Assembly: GCA_963740315.1 (NCBI GenBank)
Contig: CAVUDP010000004.1
Span: 160,001 to 224,000, forward strand
DNA length: 64,000 nt
Source: an uncultured cyanobacterium
Lineage (GTDB): Bacteria > Cyanobacteriota > Cyanobacteriia > Cyanobacteriales > Nostocaceae
Direction of reading: 5' to 3'
The notes below the pieces were generated by a model. The model was not told where the DNA came from and made no database searches. It was given only the letters and a program-made list of their open reading frames with translations. Shown one piece after another: positions 18,668-29,093 of the stretch (its first letter is position 1; every line of letters starts with the position of its first letter). The translations under genes and the position numbers were made by a program.

Positions 18668-19495
18668 ATGGCTAACAATGGCTACGTTACTGGTGAAAAT
18701 CTTTCGGAATTTAAAGAAAACGTAAAAATAGAATTGAATCAAGGATACGACATCATCAGTACTGCATATGGCGGCGATGGTAGCTGGGTTGGATTATATC
18801 AAGACACACCGGGTATTACTGGTTTAGTCCCCGCAAGTAGTCCTGATGAACTTTCGCAAATCGCTCAACAAGGAATGAATCAAGGGTATAACTTAGTTGA
18901 TGTTGAATACGGTGATGATGGTGTTTGGTTTGGGACTTTTCACGAGGATTCTGGTGCTAACGCTATTAAATATACAACCAGCTTGACTGAACTTACACAA
19001 ACTGTTCAACAATCATGGGATAAAGGATTGGGATTAGTTGATGTTGAATACGGTGATGGTATCTGGTTTGGAACTTTTCAAGATGTACCTGGAATTAATG
19101 GTTATGCAACAGCTAGTAGTTTTAATGAACTCCAGCAAGATATTCAAAATATGTGGGATAAAGGACTTGATTTAGTCGATATTGAATACGGTGATGGTAT
19201 TTGGTTTGGGACGTTTCAACAAGATTCTAGTATTACAAGTGGTTACGTCGGCGGAAATACTTTTGATGAACTTGTAGGAACTTTTCAACAACAATTCGCA
19301 AATCAAGGATGGGAAGTAGTTGATGTTGAATACGGTGATGGTGGTTGGTTAGGAGTTATGGAAAAAGAAGTTCCACAAAATGCATTCGAGAATCCCGCAT
19401 TATATCCCCTCGCTACTGAACTTGGAATACAAGAAAATGTAGTTCTCCAAGGTACATTGGATTTTTACAACTCTGCCACCTATTGGGGGGATTGA
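18668..19495 (+). CDS. Second acidic five-repeat protein, paralog of 6700-7518
   Basis: Five LVDVEYGDGxWxG repeats; shared DSSITSGYV and TFDEL; different C-terminal tail. Confidence 0.8.
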   Translation: MANNGYVTGENLSEFKENVKIELNQGYDIISTAYGGDGSWVGLYQDTPGITGLVPASSPDELSQIAQQGMNQGYNLVDVEYGDDGVWFGTFHEDSGANAIKYTTSLTELTQTVQQSWDKGLGLVDVEYGDGIWFGTFQDVPGINGYATASSFNELQQDIQNMWDKGLDLVDIEYGDGIWFGTFQQDSSITSGYVGGNTFDELVGTFQQQFANQGWEVVDVEYGDGGWLGVMEKEVPQNAFENPALYPLATELGIQENVVLQGTLDFYNSATYWGD

Positions 19496-19504
19496 GGGAT
19501 AAAA

Positions 19505-19720
19505 AGCTTGTAGTTTGTAGCTTGGGTTAGACATCAAAATCAATCTTGATTATTACAAATATCTTTACTTATGGTGTCGTAACCCAACACCACCGTTGTG
19601 AATATAAAGATGTTGGCTTACGACGCTATATAAATTCGGTAATTAAACCCCAAGTCATCGTCTAACCCAACCTACGATTACTGACACTCGGATTTAGCGC
19701 TGAAGCGCTTACTACGAACC
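19505..19720. repeat. Nested REP-like elements (TTGGGTTAGAC...GTCTAACCCAACCTACG adjoining a CTTACTACGAAC arm)
   Basis: Inverted arms visible in the sequence. Confidence 0.6.
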
Positions 19721-19856
19721 TTTAAATTGCGCGATCGCATTTCGTACATCGGTAAAAAACAGATGCTTTCACTACGAAAATTAATTAAACGAAGCAATTA
19801 AGTAACATCAATCAAGGTTGTTTTAAAATAAAAATAGAATTAAGGAAAAACAACTC

Positions 19857-20468
19857 TTGAATAATCTATTGTCGCAAAAGGAAAAGCTACAAAGTCTTTT
19901 GGAGAAAGTTCAATCTAACAATGATGATTCTCCCGTAACCAATTTAAAGCTAGATAAAACCTTAGTCGAGCAAATCGAGCAATTAACGACGGAATTAGAA
20001 GAAGTTAATCCCAATCCCCAACCGCTGCTTTACGCAACTTCTTTATTAAATGGAAATTGGTTATTACAATATTCTACAGCTAGAGAAATCCGTTCGCTGT
20101 CTTCTCTTCCATTGGGTTTAAAAATAGGTAAGGTTTATCAAGAAATTGATGTTGCAAATAAATCTTTTTTTAATCTAGCTTTTGTGAAACATCCTTTAGG
20201 TTTAGTGTCGGGAAGCGTTAAGGTAACGGCAACTTTTGAACCAGCGCCAGAAGAAACTAACAAGCGTATTAATGTAAACTTCGATAAACGCTACTTGTCA
20301 ATTGAGAAGATTTTCGGCATTCAAACCCCAAAGCTTAATCCCATCAAGGAAGCTGAAGCTAACAATCCTCAAGGTAGAGTTCCCACTCTTGATGTTACTT
20401 ACTTAGATGAAACCTTAAGAATTGGGCGTGGAGGAGATGGAAGTTTATTTATTTTGAAGCGCGTTTAA
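19857..20468 (+). CDS. PAP/fibrillin family protein
   Basis: LEEVNPNPQP, LNGNWLLQYST, LDVTYLDETLRIGRGGDGSLFIL. Confidence 0.88.
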   Translation: MNNLLSQKEKLQSLLEKVQSNNDDSPVTNLKLDKTLVEQIEQLTTELEEVNPNPQPLLYATSLLNGNWLLQYSTAREIRSLSSLPLGLKIGKVYQEIDVANKSFFNLAFVKHPLGLVSGSVKVTATFEPAPEETNKRINVNFDKRYLSIEKIFGIQTPKLNPIKEAEANNPQGRVPTLDVTYLDETLRIGRGGDGSLFILKRV

Positions 20469-20470
20469 TT

Positions 20471-20908
20471 ATGACAAGACAACAATACCAACAAGTAATT
20501 TTATCTCACGCTAGAAAACCGCAAAATAAAGGTAAAACTAATATCGTACATCGTCAACATCAAGCAGAAAATCCTTATTGTGGGGATAAAGTTGACTTGA
20601 CGTTAATGTTAGATGAAACGCAAACAAAAATAGAAGATATCAAATTTGAAGGTGCGGGATGTGCTTTGTGTTTGGCTTCTACTGATTTAATGGCGGGTGC
20701 TGTTAAGGGTAAAGAGATATCAGCAGCGCTATTAATGGTAGAAGATTTTCGTAAAATGGTAGTGGGAGAAACTGAATTTAAACCTCCTTTAGAAAAACTC
20801 AATATTATGCAAAGCGTTTCTCAATTTCCCATGCGGGTTAAATGCGTCACTTTGGCTTGGCATACTTTGAAAGCAGCTTTAGCTTCGGAAGGAGTAGGAA
20901 AAAAATAA
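20471..20908 (+). CDS. sufU: SufU/IscU-type (NifU N-terminal) protein
   Basis: YQQVILSH, NPYCGD, FEGAGCA, FPMRVKC. Confidence 0.85.
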   Translation: MTRQQYQQVILSHARKPQNKGKTNIVHRQHQAENPYCGDKVDLTLMLDETQTKIEDIKFEGAGCALCLASTDLMAGAVKGKEISAALLMVEDFRKMVVGETEFKPPLEKLNIMQSVSQFPMRVKCVTLAWHTLKAALASEGVGKK

Positions 20909-20910
20909 GT

Positions 20911-21501
20911 TTAAGAAGATAATAACTTTTGATAATCATCTGGCGTATCAATATCGATCGCTGCTTCGGGTATTGAAACAGTTAACATTTCATCTTGATA
21001 TTTACGCATCAAAGCTTTCGCACCTTTATCGCCTTCAAGGTTAATCAATTCTGAAAAAAGGCTATGTTTAAATAAAGCTGGAACACCTACAATATCATCA
21101 TAAGCAGAAGCAATAATTATATTTTGCGTTTCTTGATAGCTTTGAATTAATCGATCGAAAGCCGTTTCATTTATTAAAGGTTGGTCAGCAAGTGCGATAA
21201 TTACTGCATCTAAGTTAGGATTACTTTCTTTTATAGCAGCAATACCCGCACGAATTGAAGATGACATTCCCGTTTTCCAATGCGGATTTTCTACTATTTT
21301 GACGGGTAATTTATCTATTTCTGGTTTAATTTGTTCTGTATAAGCACCTAAAACTACTATTACGGGTTTACAAGTAGAATTCAAACCTATTTTTACAGCA
21401 TGAGATATCAAACTGCTTCCTTGATAAGTTAGCAGTTGTTTTGTTTTTCCCATGCGGCTGGCTTTCCCCGCAGCTAATATTATTAAACCTACGTTTTTCA
21501 T
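20911..21501 (-). CDS. mocA: Molybdenum cofactor cytidylyltransferase
   Basis: LAAGKASRMG, GMSSS, ADQP, GDKGA, DIDTPDDY; context in a molybdoenzyme cluster. Confidence 0.85.
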   Translation of the reverse strand: MKNVGLIILAAGKASRMGKTKQLLTYQGSSLISHAVKIGLNSTCKPVIVVLGAYTEQIKPEIDKLPVKIVENPHWKTGMSSSIRAGIAAIKESNPNLDAVIIALADQPLINETAFDRLIQSYQETQNIIIASAYDDIVGVPALFKHSLFSELINLEGDKGAKALMRKYQDEMLTVSIPEAAIDIDTPDDYQKLLSS

Positions 21502-21540
21502 CAGTTATCAATTATCAATGAACAATGAACAGTTATCAAC

Positions 21541-21666
21541 AGGACTTACGCAACGGAGATTTGTCATTGCGACCGGAACGCAGTGTAGGGAAGCAATCGC
21601 AGAGTTGTTGCGATTACGTCGCTATCGCTCGTAATGACGTAATTACGTTGCTTTTGCGTAAGTCCT
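21541..21666. mobile_element. 126-bp MITE with AGGACTTACGCA terminal inverted repeats
   Basis: Inverted copy at 58340-58465 identical by eye. Confidence 0.85.
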
Positions 21667-21737
21667 AATCAATTACGCTATTAACAACTAGCAAATAAGA
21701 GGATGCTTGGGAAGCTATTAATATAACTTTAAATTCC

Positions 21738-21813
21738 GATCCCCCTAAATCCCCCTTATGAAAGGGGGACTTTAACTCCGATTCCTCCTTTTCCAAGGGA
21801 GGTTAGGGGGGAT
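21738..21813. repeat. GC-rich double-hairpin REP-like repeat (CCCCCTAAATCCCCCTT...AAGGGAGGTTAGGGGGG)
   Basis: Self-complementary structure. Confidence 0.6.
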
Positions 21814-21839
21814 AATCCGAGAATTGCGCTCAAAACTAT

Positions 21840-22949
21840 CTATTCTTTCTTGGCATGAATTGGAGCATTACAATCTTTTAAAAATCCTCCTTGACGCTGA
21901 GATATAACCGCTTGAATTTCACCTACTATAGAAAGAGCTATTTCTTCAGCATTATCTGCACCAATATCTAATCCAACGGGACTGTAAATATTAGCATTTG
22001 CGGTAATTTCTTCTTCTTTTAATTCTTTTAATATGCGATTTGTTCTTTTTTTAGGACCTAATATTCCTAGATATTTTAAGTTAGAAGGTACAAGTAGTTT
22101 GAGCATTTCTAAATCATCTAAATAATTATGGCTCATAACTACAGCAACGGTACGCTCTGTAATTTCAATATTTCCTAAAACATCTTCGGGAGCAGAAAGC
22201 TGTATTTTATCTGCTTGTTCAAAACGCTTTTTACTAGCTTCTCTAGAGCGGTTATCGACTACAGTTACATCCCAACCAAGTTGTTTGGAAAAATTCATTA
22301 ACGGTATGACATCGTAACCAGCACCAAATACGATTAAAGATAAAGGCGGTTGAATTACTTCGATAAAAACTTCTATTTTAGCTGTTGCGATCGAATACTC
22401 TTTTAAAATCGAAGAATTATTTTGCAATGCTGCTTTAGTATCGCTTAAAACTTCCGTTAGTAAATCATCGTCTGTCAAATTATTAATAATAGTATCGTCA
22501 CCCAGTAATAAACGCTGCCCTACTTGGGTTTTAGCTTCACCTTCAACTATAATTACCGTAGCGATCGCACCATAAGTTCTACGATCCAAACACTTTTTAA
22601 TAAAATCTATTTCCTGTAATTTATTCTTTTGCAAAGACTCAATTAAAACATAAGCAATTCCCTGACAACCAAGCCCCAAACCCCAAATCATATCTTCTTC
22701 TGAGGTGGTATCGTATTTTATTAAACGAGGTTTTCCCTCTGCAATTACTGCTTGTGCTTTATCAAAAACATCACTTTCCAAACAACCCCCGCTAATCGCA
22801 CCAATAGTATTATTATTAGCACTCATTAGCATTCTCGCACCGGGGCTTCTGTAAGTTGAACCGCTGACTTTTACTAACGTTGCGATCGCTGTTTTATCAG
22901 TTTCTTTTAAATCTTCTATTGCTGAAATGATGTTTTTTAATTCTTTCAT
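21840..22949 (-). CDS. xdhC: XdhC/CoxF Moco-insertion chaperone
   Basis: GSTYRSPGARM, ISGGCLE, GLGCQG, FGAGYD, MSHNY, YLGILGP, SPVGLDIGA. Confidence 0.9.
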   Translation of the reverse strand: MKELKNIISAIEDLKETDKTAIATLVKVSGSTYRSPGARMLMSANNNTIGAISGGCLESDVFDKAQAVIAEGKPRLIKYDTTSEEDMIWGLGLGCQGIAYVLIESLQKNKLQEIDFIKKCLDRRTYGAIATVIIVEGEAKTQVGQRLLLGDDTIINNLTDDDLLTEVLSDTKAALQNNSSILKEYSIATAKIEVFIEVIQPPLSLIVFGAGYDVIPLMNFSKQLGWDVTVVDNRSREASKKRFEQADKIQLSAPEDVLGNIEITERTVAVVMSHNYLDDLEMLKLLVPSNLKYLGILGPKKRTNRILKELKEEEITANANIYSPVGLDIGADNAEEIALSIVGEIQAVISQRQGGFLKDCNAPIHAKKE

Positions 22950-22960
22950 TATCTTTGTAT

Positions 22961-23138
22961 ATACTCATTATTTAAAGTTTGTAGTAAGGACTTTAGTCCT
23001 CGGTTTTGGAGCTAAAGCTCTTACTACGAACAAAAGACTTTCTTTAATTACATCACTTTATTGATACTCATTATTTAAAGTTTGTAGTAAGGACTTTAGT
23101 CCTCGGTTTTGGAGCTAAAGCTCTTACTACGAACAAAA
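22961..23138. repeat. Direct duplication of 75 bp (103-bp period) containing a REPIN-like element
   Basis: 22961-23035 matches 23064-23138. Confidence 0.85.
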
Positions 23139-23140
23139 AA

Positions 23141-25282
23141 TTACATCACTTTGTCGGGGGTAATTGGTAAATCACGAATCCGTTTACCTGTTGCATGATA
23201 AACAGCATTTGCTACCGCAGCAGCTACTCCTGTAATGCCAATTTCACCGATACCTTTTGTACCAATTGGATTAACATAATTATCAACTTCCTCAATCATT
23301 TCTATGTCAATATCGGGAATATCGGCATTTACGGGAACGTGGTATTCTCCTAAGTTAGCATTCATGACGCGACCTAAATTTGGATCGACTACGGTTTCTT
23401 CCATCAATGCCATGCCGATACCCATGATGATACCGCCCATGAATTGCGATCGCGCTGTCTTCTCATTCAATATCTTTCCGCAAGCGAAGGCTCCTGTATA
23501 ACGGTTAATCCGCACTTCTCCAAAATCGGGATCGATTCTTACTTCGACAAATTGAGCGCCAAAAGCGTGTTTTGAGTACTTTTTGTCTTGTGATGACTGG
23601 GCATCGTATTCTATTTCAATTTGTTGTTGATTATTTTTCGCCAGGATATCTGCACAATCTTCGATTGTTAAAGAATCATCTTGGTTTTTACCGCCAAGCT
23701 CTAACACCTTTGCTTGCAATCCTTTGACAGCACCATATACTGCACTACCAACGCTACTTACTGTCATCGAACCACCGCTGACGGGTGCTTTTGGTAATCT
23801 GGTATCACCATATTCAAAGCAGACTCTTTCAAAGGGGAAACCCAAAGTATCGGCGATCAGTTGCGCCATCACGGTAGCCGTACCACCACCCATATCGTGA
23901 GTGCTGCTTTGTACCACTACGCTACCATCTGCTAACATTTTGGCTTTAGCTGAAGCGGGTGAGGTAAAGGCTGGATAAGTTGCTGTTGCCATACCTATAC
24001 CAATTAAATAGCGTCCATCGCGCATCGAACCGATTTCGGGATTGCGTTTCGACCAGCCAAATTTCTCCGCACCAACTTGGTAACATTCTTTCAGAGATTT
24101 ACTCGACCAAGGTAAATTTTCGTCAGGATCTGTATCGGCATGATTGATTAATCTTAACTCGATGGGGTCAATTTTTAAAGCGTAAGCAAGTTCATCCATC
24201 GCCGATTCTAAAGCATAAACCCCCGGAGCTTCCCCAGGGGCACGCATAAATGTAGGTGTAACTCGATTCAAACGTATCAAACGCTGGGAAGCCTGCAAAT
24301 TATCGCAAGCGTACAGCATATGAGTTGCAATGGTGAAAGGTTCGGCGAACTGATCGTACATTGAAGTATGAGAAATACCATCGTGGATAATTGCCGTTAA
24401 CTTACCTTCCTTAGTCGCTCCTAGCTTAACCTGTTGCTCGGTTTCGGCACGATGCCCAACAACGTTAAACATATCTTCGCGAGTTAAAACCAATTTTACC
24501 GGACGATTAACCTGACGAGAGGCAATTACTGGTAAGATCATATGCGACCAAAAAGCACCTTTGCAACCAAATGCACCACCGATAAACTGGCATATCACCC
24601 GTACATTTTCTTCCGGAATTTCTAAACTTGTTGCTAAAGCTTTTCTTGTTCCGTAAGTATTTTGCGTGGAAGTATAAACTGTTAATGTATCGTTTTCCCA
24701 TACAGCAGTTGTTGCCGAAGGTTCTATGGGATTATGATTTTCAGTAGGTGTTGTGTAAGTTTCCGAAATTTTAACATCCGCAGAATTAAAAGCATCTTCA
24801 GGATTACCTCTAACAACTTTCGGTGGTTTTCCCATTACCGTTTGTGGTTCAAATTCTTCTTCTCGCTGGTTTTGCATCTCCATAATTGGAGTAACTTCAT
24901 CATAGGTAAATAGCACCAAAGAAGCAGCATAAGTTGCTTGCTCTAATGTATCTGCAATTACTACCCCAATATGTTCGCCGCTGTAATGAACAGAATTATC
25001 TTGTAAAGGTGAATAGTCTTCTGCCGCACTTCCACCTTGCATAAAAGTTTTTAAAGGTTCTAATTTAGGCGCATTTTCATGAGTAATGATATCGATAACG
25101 CCAGGTAAACTTTCTGCCGCACTCGTATCAATACTTGTAATTTTTCCCCTTGCTATAGTGCTAGGAATAGCAACAGCATAAGCAAGATTCTCTTGGGGAA
25201 ATTCAGCCGAATAATGTGCCCCACCAGTAACTTTAAGATTACCGTCAACGCGATTTAAAGGTTTTCCGATTGTTTGAGTCAT
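23141..25282 (-). CDS. paoC: Xanthine/aldehyde oxidoreductase Mo-binding subunit (PaoC/YagR type)
   Basis: KVTGGAHY, GGAFGCK, FMRAPGE, SGGSMT, KGIGEIG, GKRIRDLPIT. Confidence 0.88.
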   Translation of the reverse strand: MTQTIGKPLNRVDGNLKVTGGAHYSAEFPQENLAYAVAIPSTIARGKITSIDTSAAESLPGVIDIITHENAPKLEPLKTFMQGGSAAEDYSPLQDNSVHYSGEHIGVVIADTLEQATYAASLVLFTYDEVTPIMEMQNQREEEFEPQTVMGKPPKVVRGNPEDAFNSADVKISETYTTPTENHNPIEPSATTAVWENDTLTVYTSTQNTYGTRKALATSLEIPEENVRVICQFIGGAFGCKGAFWSHMILPVIASRQVNRPVKLVLTREDMFNVVGHRAETEQQVKLGATKEGKLTAIIHDGISHTSMYDQFAEPFTIATHMLYACDNLQASQRLIRLNRVTPTFMRAPGEAPGVYALESAMDELAYALKIDPIELRLINHADTDPDENLPWSSKSLKECYQVGAEKFGWSKRNPEIGSMRDGRYLIGIGMATATYPAFTSPASAKAKMLADGSVVVQSSTHDMGGGTATVMAQLIADTLGFPFERVCFEYGDTRLPKAPVSGGSMTVSSVGSAVYGAVKGLQAKVLELGGKNQDDSLTIEDCADILAKNNQQQIEIEYDAQSSQDKKYSKHAFGAQFVEVRIDPDFGEVRINRYTGAFACGKILNEKTARSQFMGGIIMGIGMALMEETVVDPNLGRVMNANLGEYHVPVNADIPDIDIEMIEEVDNYVNPIGTKGIGEIGITGVAAAVANAVYHATGKRIRDLPITPDKVM

Positions 25283-25429
25283 TTCGATTTTGGATTTTAG
25301 ATTTTAGATTTTAGATTAATTCTTCTCAGCGCTCCTTTGCGAAAATCTCTGCGTTACTCTGCGTTTTAAAAAAATCTTGTATTTAAACGCAAAGGCACGC
25401 AAAGGTTAGCGCGGAGGTTCGCAGAGGGT

Positions 25430-26422
25430 TTATTGTGCTAAAGTCGTCAATGCACGAACGATCGCCCTTTTCGCAAGTTCAATTTTGAAATTATTATGTT
25501 GATAACCATGACTTCCTTCTAATGCGGTTTCTGCGGCTTGTCTAAATACTTCCTCGCTGGGAGTTGCACCAATTAAAATTTCTTCTGCATTCGTTGCTCT
25601 CCAAGGTTTATGAGCTACTCCACCCATTGCCAAACGCGCTGTTTTAATAGAATTATTTTCAATTTCCAATACAGCAGCAACTGAAACTAAAGCAAAAGCA
25701 TAAGAAGCTCTATCTCTAACTTTTAAGTAATAAGATTTTGCCCCAGAATTAGATAAATGAGATGGAGGTAAATCGACGGCGGTTATTAATTCGTTTTCTT
25801 GTAAATTAGTATCTATATTTGGGGTATCTCCCGGTAAACGATGAAATTCTGTGCATGGTATTTCTCTTTCTTCACCCGATGCACTCACAACTCTCACAAC
25901 TCCATCCAAAGCGGCTAAAGCAACGCACATATCTGAGGGATGAGTAGCAATACAATTTTCGGAAGCGCCTAAAATAGCATGAATTCGGTTAAAACCTTCC
26001 ACCGCCGGACATCCAGAACCCGGTTCTCTTTTATTGCAAGGTGTTGCGGTATCGTAGAAATAATAGCAACGAGTTCTTTGCATTAAGTTTCCGCCAACTG
26101 TCGCCATATTGCGTAACTGCTGAGTTGCACCGGAAAGCAAAGCTTGCGATAACAAAGGATATCTTTCTCGAATCAAAGGATGATTTGCAGTAGCAGTATT
26201 ACGAGCTAAAGCACCAATACGCACACCACCATTGGGTAATTCCGTAATTTCAGCCAGCGGTAACTTAGTGATATCGATTAAACTATCCGGTACTTCCACA
26301 CCAGATTTCATCAAATCGAGTAAATTAGTACCGCCACCGATTATTTTTGCTTGGTTATTACTGCTTAATTCTTGTACCGCAGCATTGGAAGAATCAGCTT
26401 TTTGATAATTAAATGGTTTCAT
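25430..26422 (-). CDS. paoB: FAD-binding subunit with 4Fe-4S insertion (PaoB/YagS type)
   Basis: GGGTNL, QLRNMATVGGN, RCYYFYD...CNKR...GC...NCIATHPSD, KVRDRASYAF. Confidence 0.9.
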   Translation of the reverse strand: MKPFNYQKADSSNAAVQELSSNNQAKIIGGGTNLLDLMKSGVEVPDSLIDITKLPLAEITELPNGGVRIGALARNTATANHPLIRERYPLLSQALLSGATQQLRNMATVGGNLMQRTRCYYFYDTATPCNKREPGSGCPAVEGFNRIHAILGASENCIATHPSDMCVALAALDGVVRVVSASGEEREIPCTEFHRLPGDTPNIDTNLQENELITAVDLPPSHLSNSGAKSYYLKVRDRASYAFALVSVAAVLEIENNSIKTARLAMGGVAHKPWRATNAEEILIGATPSEEVFRQAAETALEGSHGYQHNNFKIELAKRAIVRALTTLAQ

Positions 26423-26427
26423 CTTTT

Positions 26428-26560
26428 TCAGTGAACAGTGAACAGTGAGCAGTGAGCAGTGAGCAGTGAGCAGTGAGCAGTGAGCAGTTAGGAGTTAAGA
26501 ATTAAGAGTTAATAATTTCTACCCCCTCTTCCCACTCTTCCCCCTCTACCCCCTCTCTCT
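26428..26560. repeat. STRR array (CAGTGAG)n followed by a C-rich block
   Basis: Tandem heptamers. Confidence 0.8.
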
Positions 26561-26569
26561 TTTGACCTG

Positions 26570-27952
26570 TTAAAGTAATTTATCCAAAGTTATCGGTAAA
26601 TCGCGAACCCGCTCGTCATGATTACGCATCGAACCGGGTTTTGGATTACGCTTATCCCAACCAAATTTATCCGCACCAACCTGGTAACATTCTTTCAAAG
26701 ACTTACTCGACCAAGGACGGTTATCATGAGGATCGACATCGGCGTAATTTCGCAAACGCAACTCGATGGGGTCAATATTAAGTTTATAAGCTAACTCATC
26801 CATGCCACATTCAAGCGCAAAACTACCGATACCTTCACCCGGTACGTGCATCATGTTTGCTTTGGGTGCGTTAACTTTAATGACGCGATGAGTCATGGAA
26901 AAATTAGGACAAGCATACATCATCCGCGAGATAGCACCCGTGGGTTCGGCATAAGTTTCAAACTGCCAGGTTTCCTCAGTAGTATCGTGAGCGATCGCCG
27001 TTAACTTTCCATCTTTTTTAGCACCAAGCCGCAAATGCTGCACCATCGGCGGACGATGCCCGTTAGAAGTATACATCTGTTGGCGAGTCAAGGTTAATTT
27101 TACTGGTCTACCAACTTTACGAGCGGCAACAGCAGCTAAAATAACATGAGTCCATACTCTACCTTTACAGCCGAAACTACCTCCTACAAAAGGTGCAATT
27201 ACGCGGATATTAGATACCGGAATTTGCAAAGTTGTTGCTAAAACCCGTTGTGCGCCGAAAACTGCATTCGATGAATCGTAAACCGTTAATTGTTCCCCCT
27301 GCCAAACAGCCGTCGTGGAATGGGGTTCCATCGGGTTGTGATGGTGCGTTGGCGTGGTATAAGTTTCATCGATTACGATATCGGCTTCGGTAAATCCCGC
27401 ATCCACACCACCGCGTTTGTCATCGGGTTTATCGCCAATAATGTCATGAGGTTTAAAAGCCTTCGGCAAACAAGAAGCCCACTCGTGAGGAGTACCCGCT
27501 TCAAAACCTTGAGCAAGCGCATCTGCAAACGAACTTACTGCCGATTCCTCTTCATAACTAACCTTAATTAAAGAAGCCGCATATTCTGCATTTTCCAAAG
27601 TATCGGCAACAACCACCGCAATATGCTGTCCGTTATGGTCGATATTTGCACTTTGCATCGGTAAATGACTTTGAGCAGCAAATACGGGGTCTAAAGGTTG
27701 GATATATTCAGGTAAAGCGCCAAATTTAGGGGTATTTTCATGAGTAATTATTTCTAAAACCCCTGGAAAAGCTTTTGCTGCTTTAGTATCGATTTCTTTT
27801 ATCTTCCCCTTGACAATAGTACTTTTAACTAAAATACCGTAAGCAAGATTCTCCACCTGATGTTCCGCTGAATAACGAGCCGCACCAGTTACCTTGAGCC
27901 TTCCATCAACACGATTTAAAGATTTCCCTACCGATTGCGTGACTGTATTCAT
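26570..27952 (-). pseudogene. Second Mo-binding subunit paralog with a large in-frame internal deletion
   Basis: Colinear with 23141-25282 up to GSMR, then jumps to the terminal RVRDLPITLDKLL; 460 vs 713 aa. Confidence 0.75.
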
Positions 27953-28200
27953 CAGTTATCAGTTATCAGTGAACAGTGAACGGTGAACGGTGAACGGTGA
28001 ACAGTGAGCAGTGAACAGTTATCAGTGAACAGTTATCAGTAACCAGTTATCAGTTAAAAATTGGGGATTAGTAATTGCTAATTGAAAACAGCTAGGGAGC
28101 AAGATCCGGACACTACAAATGATTGACAAATTTTCTCCTTGTCCCCCCGTCTCCCCATCCCCCCATCTCCCTATCTCCCCATCTCCCCCTCTCCCCACAC
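27952..28200. repeat. STRR array (CAGTGAA/CAGTTAT) followed by a CCCCATCT block
   Basis: Tandem 7- and 8-mers. Confidence 0.75.
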
Positions 28201-28202
28201 CT

Positions 28203-28784
28203 TTAACCTTTAACCTGATAAGCTTCCTTAACGGCAGCGACAATATGCGGATAAGCACCGCAGCGACAAAGATTTCCGCTCATGCGTTCGCGAATTTCGA
28301 TGTCGGTTAATTCAATCGATGCATTGGGGTTGGCAATTTCTTCTAAATCCGTTACCATACTCGCTTGCCCTGCTTCTATTTCATCAAGTAAAGCCACAGC
28401 AGAGCAAATTTGACCCGAAGTACAGTAACCGCATTGAAAACCATCATTATTTATAAATGCAGCCTGTAATGCATGAAGTTCGTCGCCTGTACTCAAGCCT
28501 TCGATAGTTGTAATCTCGTCGCCTTCATGCATTACAGCTAAAGCCAGACAAGAATTAATGCGATCGCCATTTACTAAAACGGTACAAGCACCACACTGTC
28601 CGTGGTTGCAACCTTTTTTACTCCCAGTTAAATCTAAACGTTCGCGCAACGCATCCAAAAGAGTAACGCGGGGTTCAATATTTAAAGTGTGTTCCTTACC
28701 GTTAACTTGTAATGTAACCTGAACGGTATCAACGCTGTTGTTTCCTAAAGCAGTCGATAGCGGATTTGGCGTAGTTGTAGTCAT
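28203..28784 (-). CDS. paoA: 2x[2Fe-2S] subunit (PaoA/YagT type), no Tat signal
   Basis: GCNHGQCGACTV, SCL, FQCGYC, NLCRCGAY. Confidence 0.88.
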   Translation of the reverse strand: MTTTTPNPLSTALGNNSVDTVQVTLQVNGKEHTLNIEPRVTLLDALRERLDLTGSKKGCNHGQCGACTVLVNGDRINSCLALAVMHEGDEITTIEGLSTGDELHALQAAFINNDGFQCGYCTSGQICSAVALLDEIEAGQASMVTDLEEIANPNASIELTDIEIRERMSGNLCRCGAYPHIVAAVKEAYQVKG

Positions 28785-28894
28785 TTTGAATAATTCCTAT
28801 CCCTCTCGGAAATTTTAAATCTTGACTTGAGGGAGTAGTACTATCGGAAGAGGTATGTTGGGCGAACTACATAAAAATTAAAGCCGCAAGCAGT

Positions 28895-29093
28895 TAAGTG
28901 GGTGTGCCTTCATTATTTGTGTCATTGCGTTAGCGCAGCGTGTCCGATAGGACATGCGACAGCGGATCTTTCTCAAGGTCTTGCGATGAACCGCACCCTA
29001 CGGGTGAATGCTTCGTTTCACTTAGCCGCACGCTCCGCGTGAACGTTCCACTCGCTTCGGACAAATGCACAATTAATTTTGCCTAAGTACTTA
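28895..29093. mobile_element. MITE-like palindromic element with nested hairpin cassettes
   Basis: Ends and core shared with 2192-2372 and 30797-30936. Confidence 0.65.
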
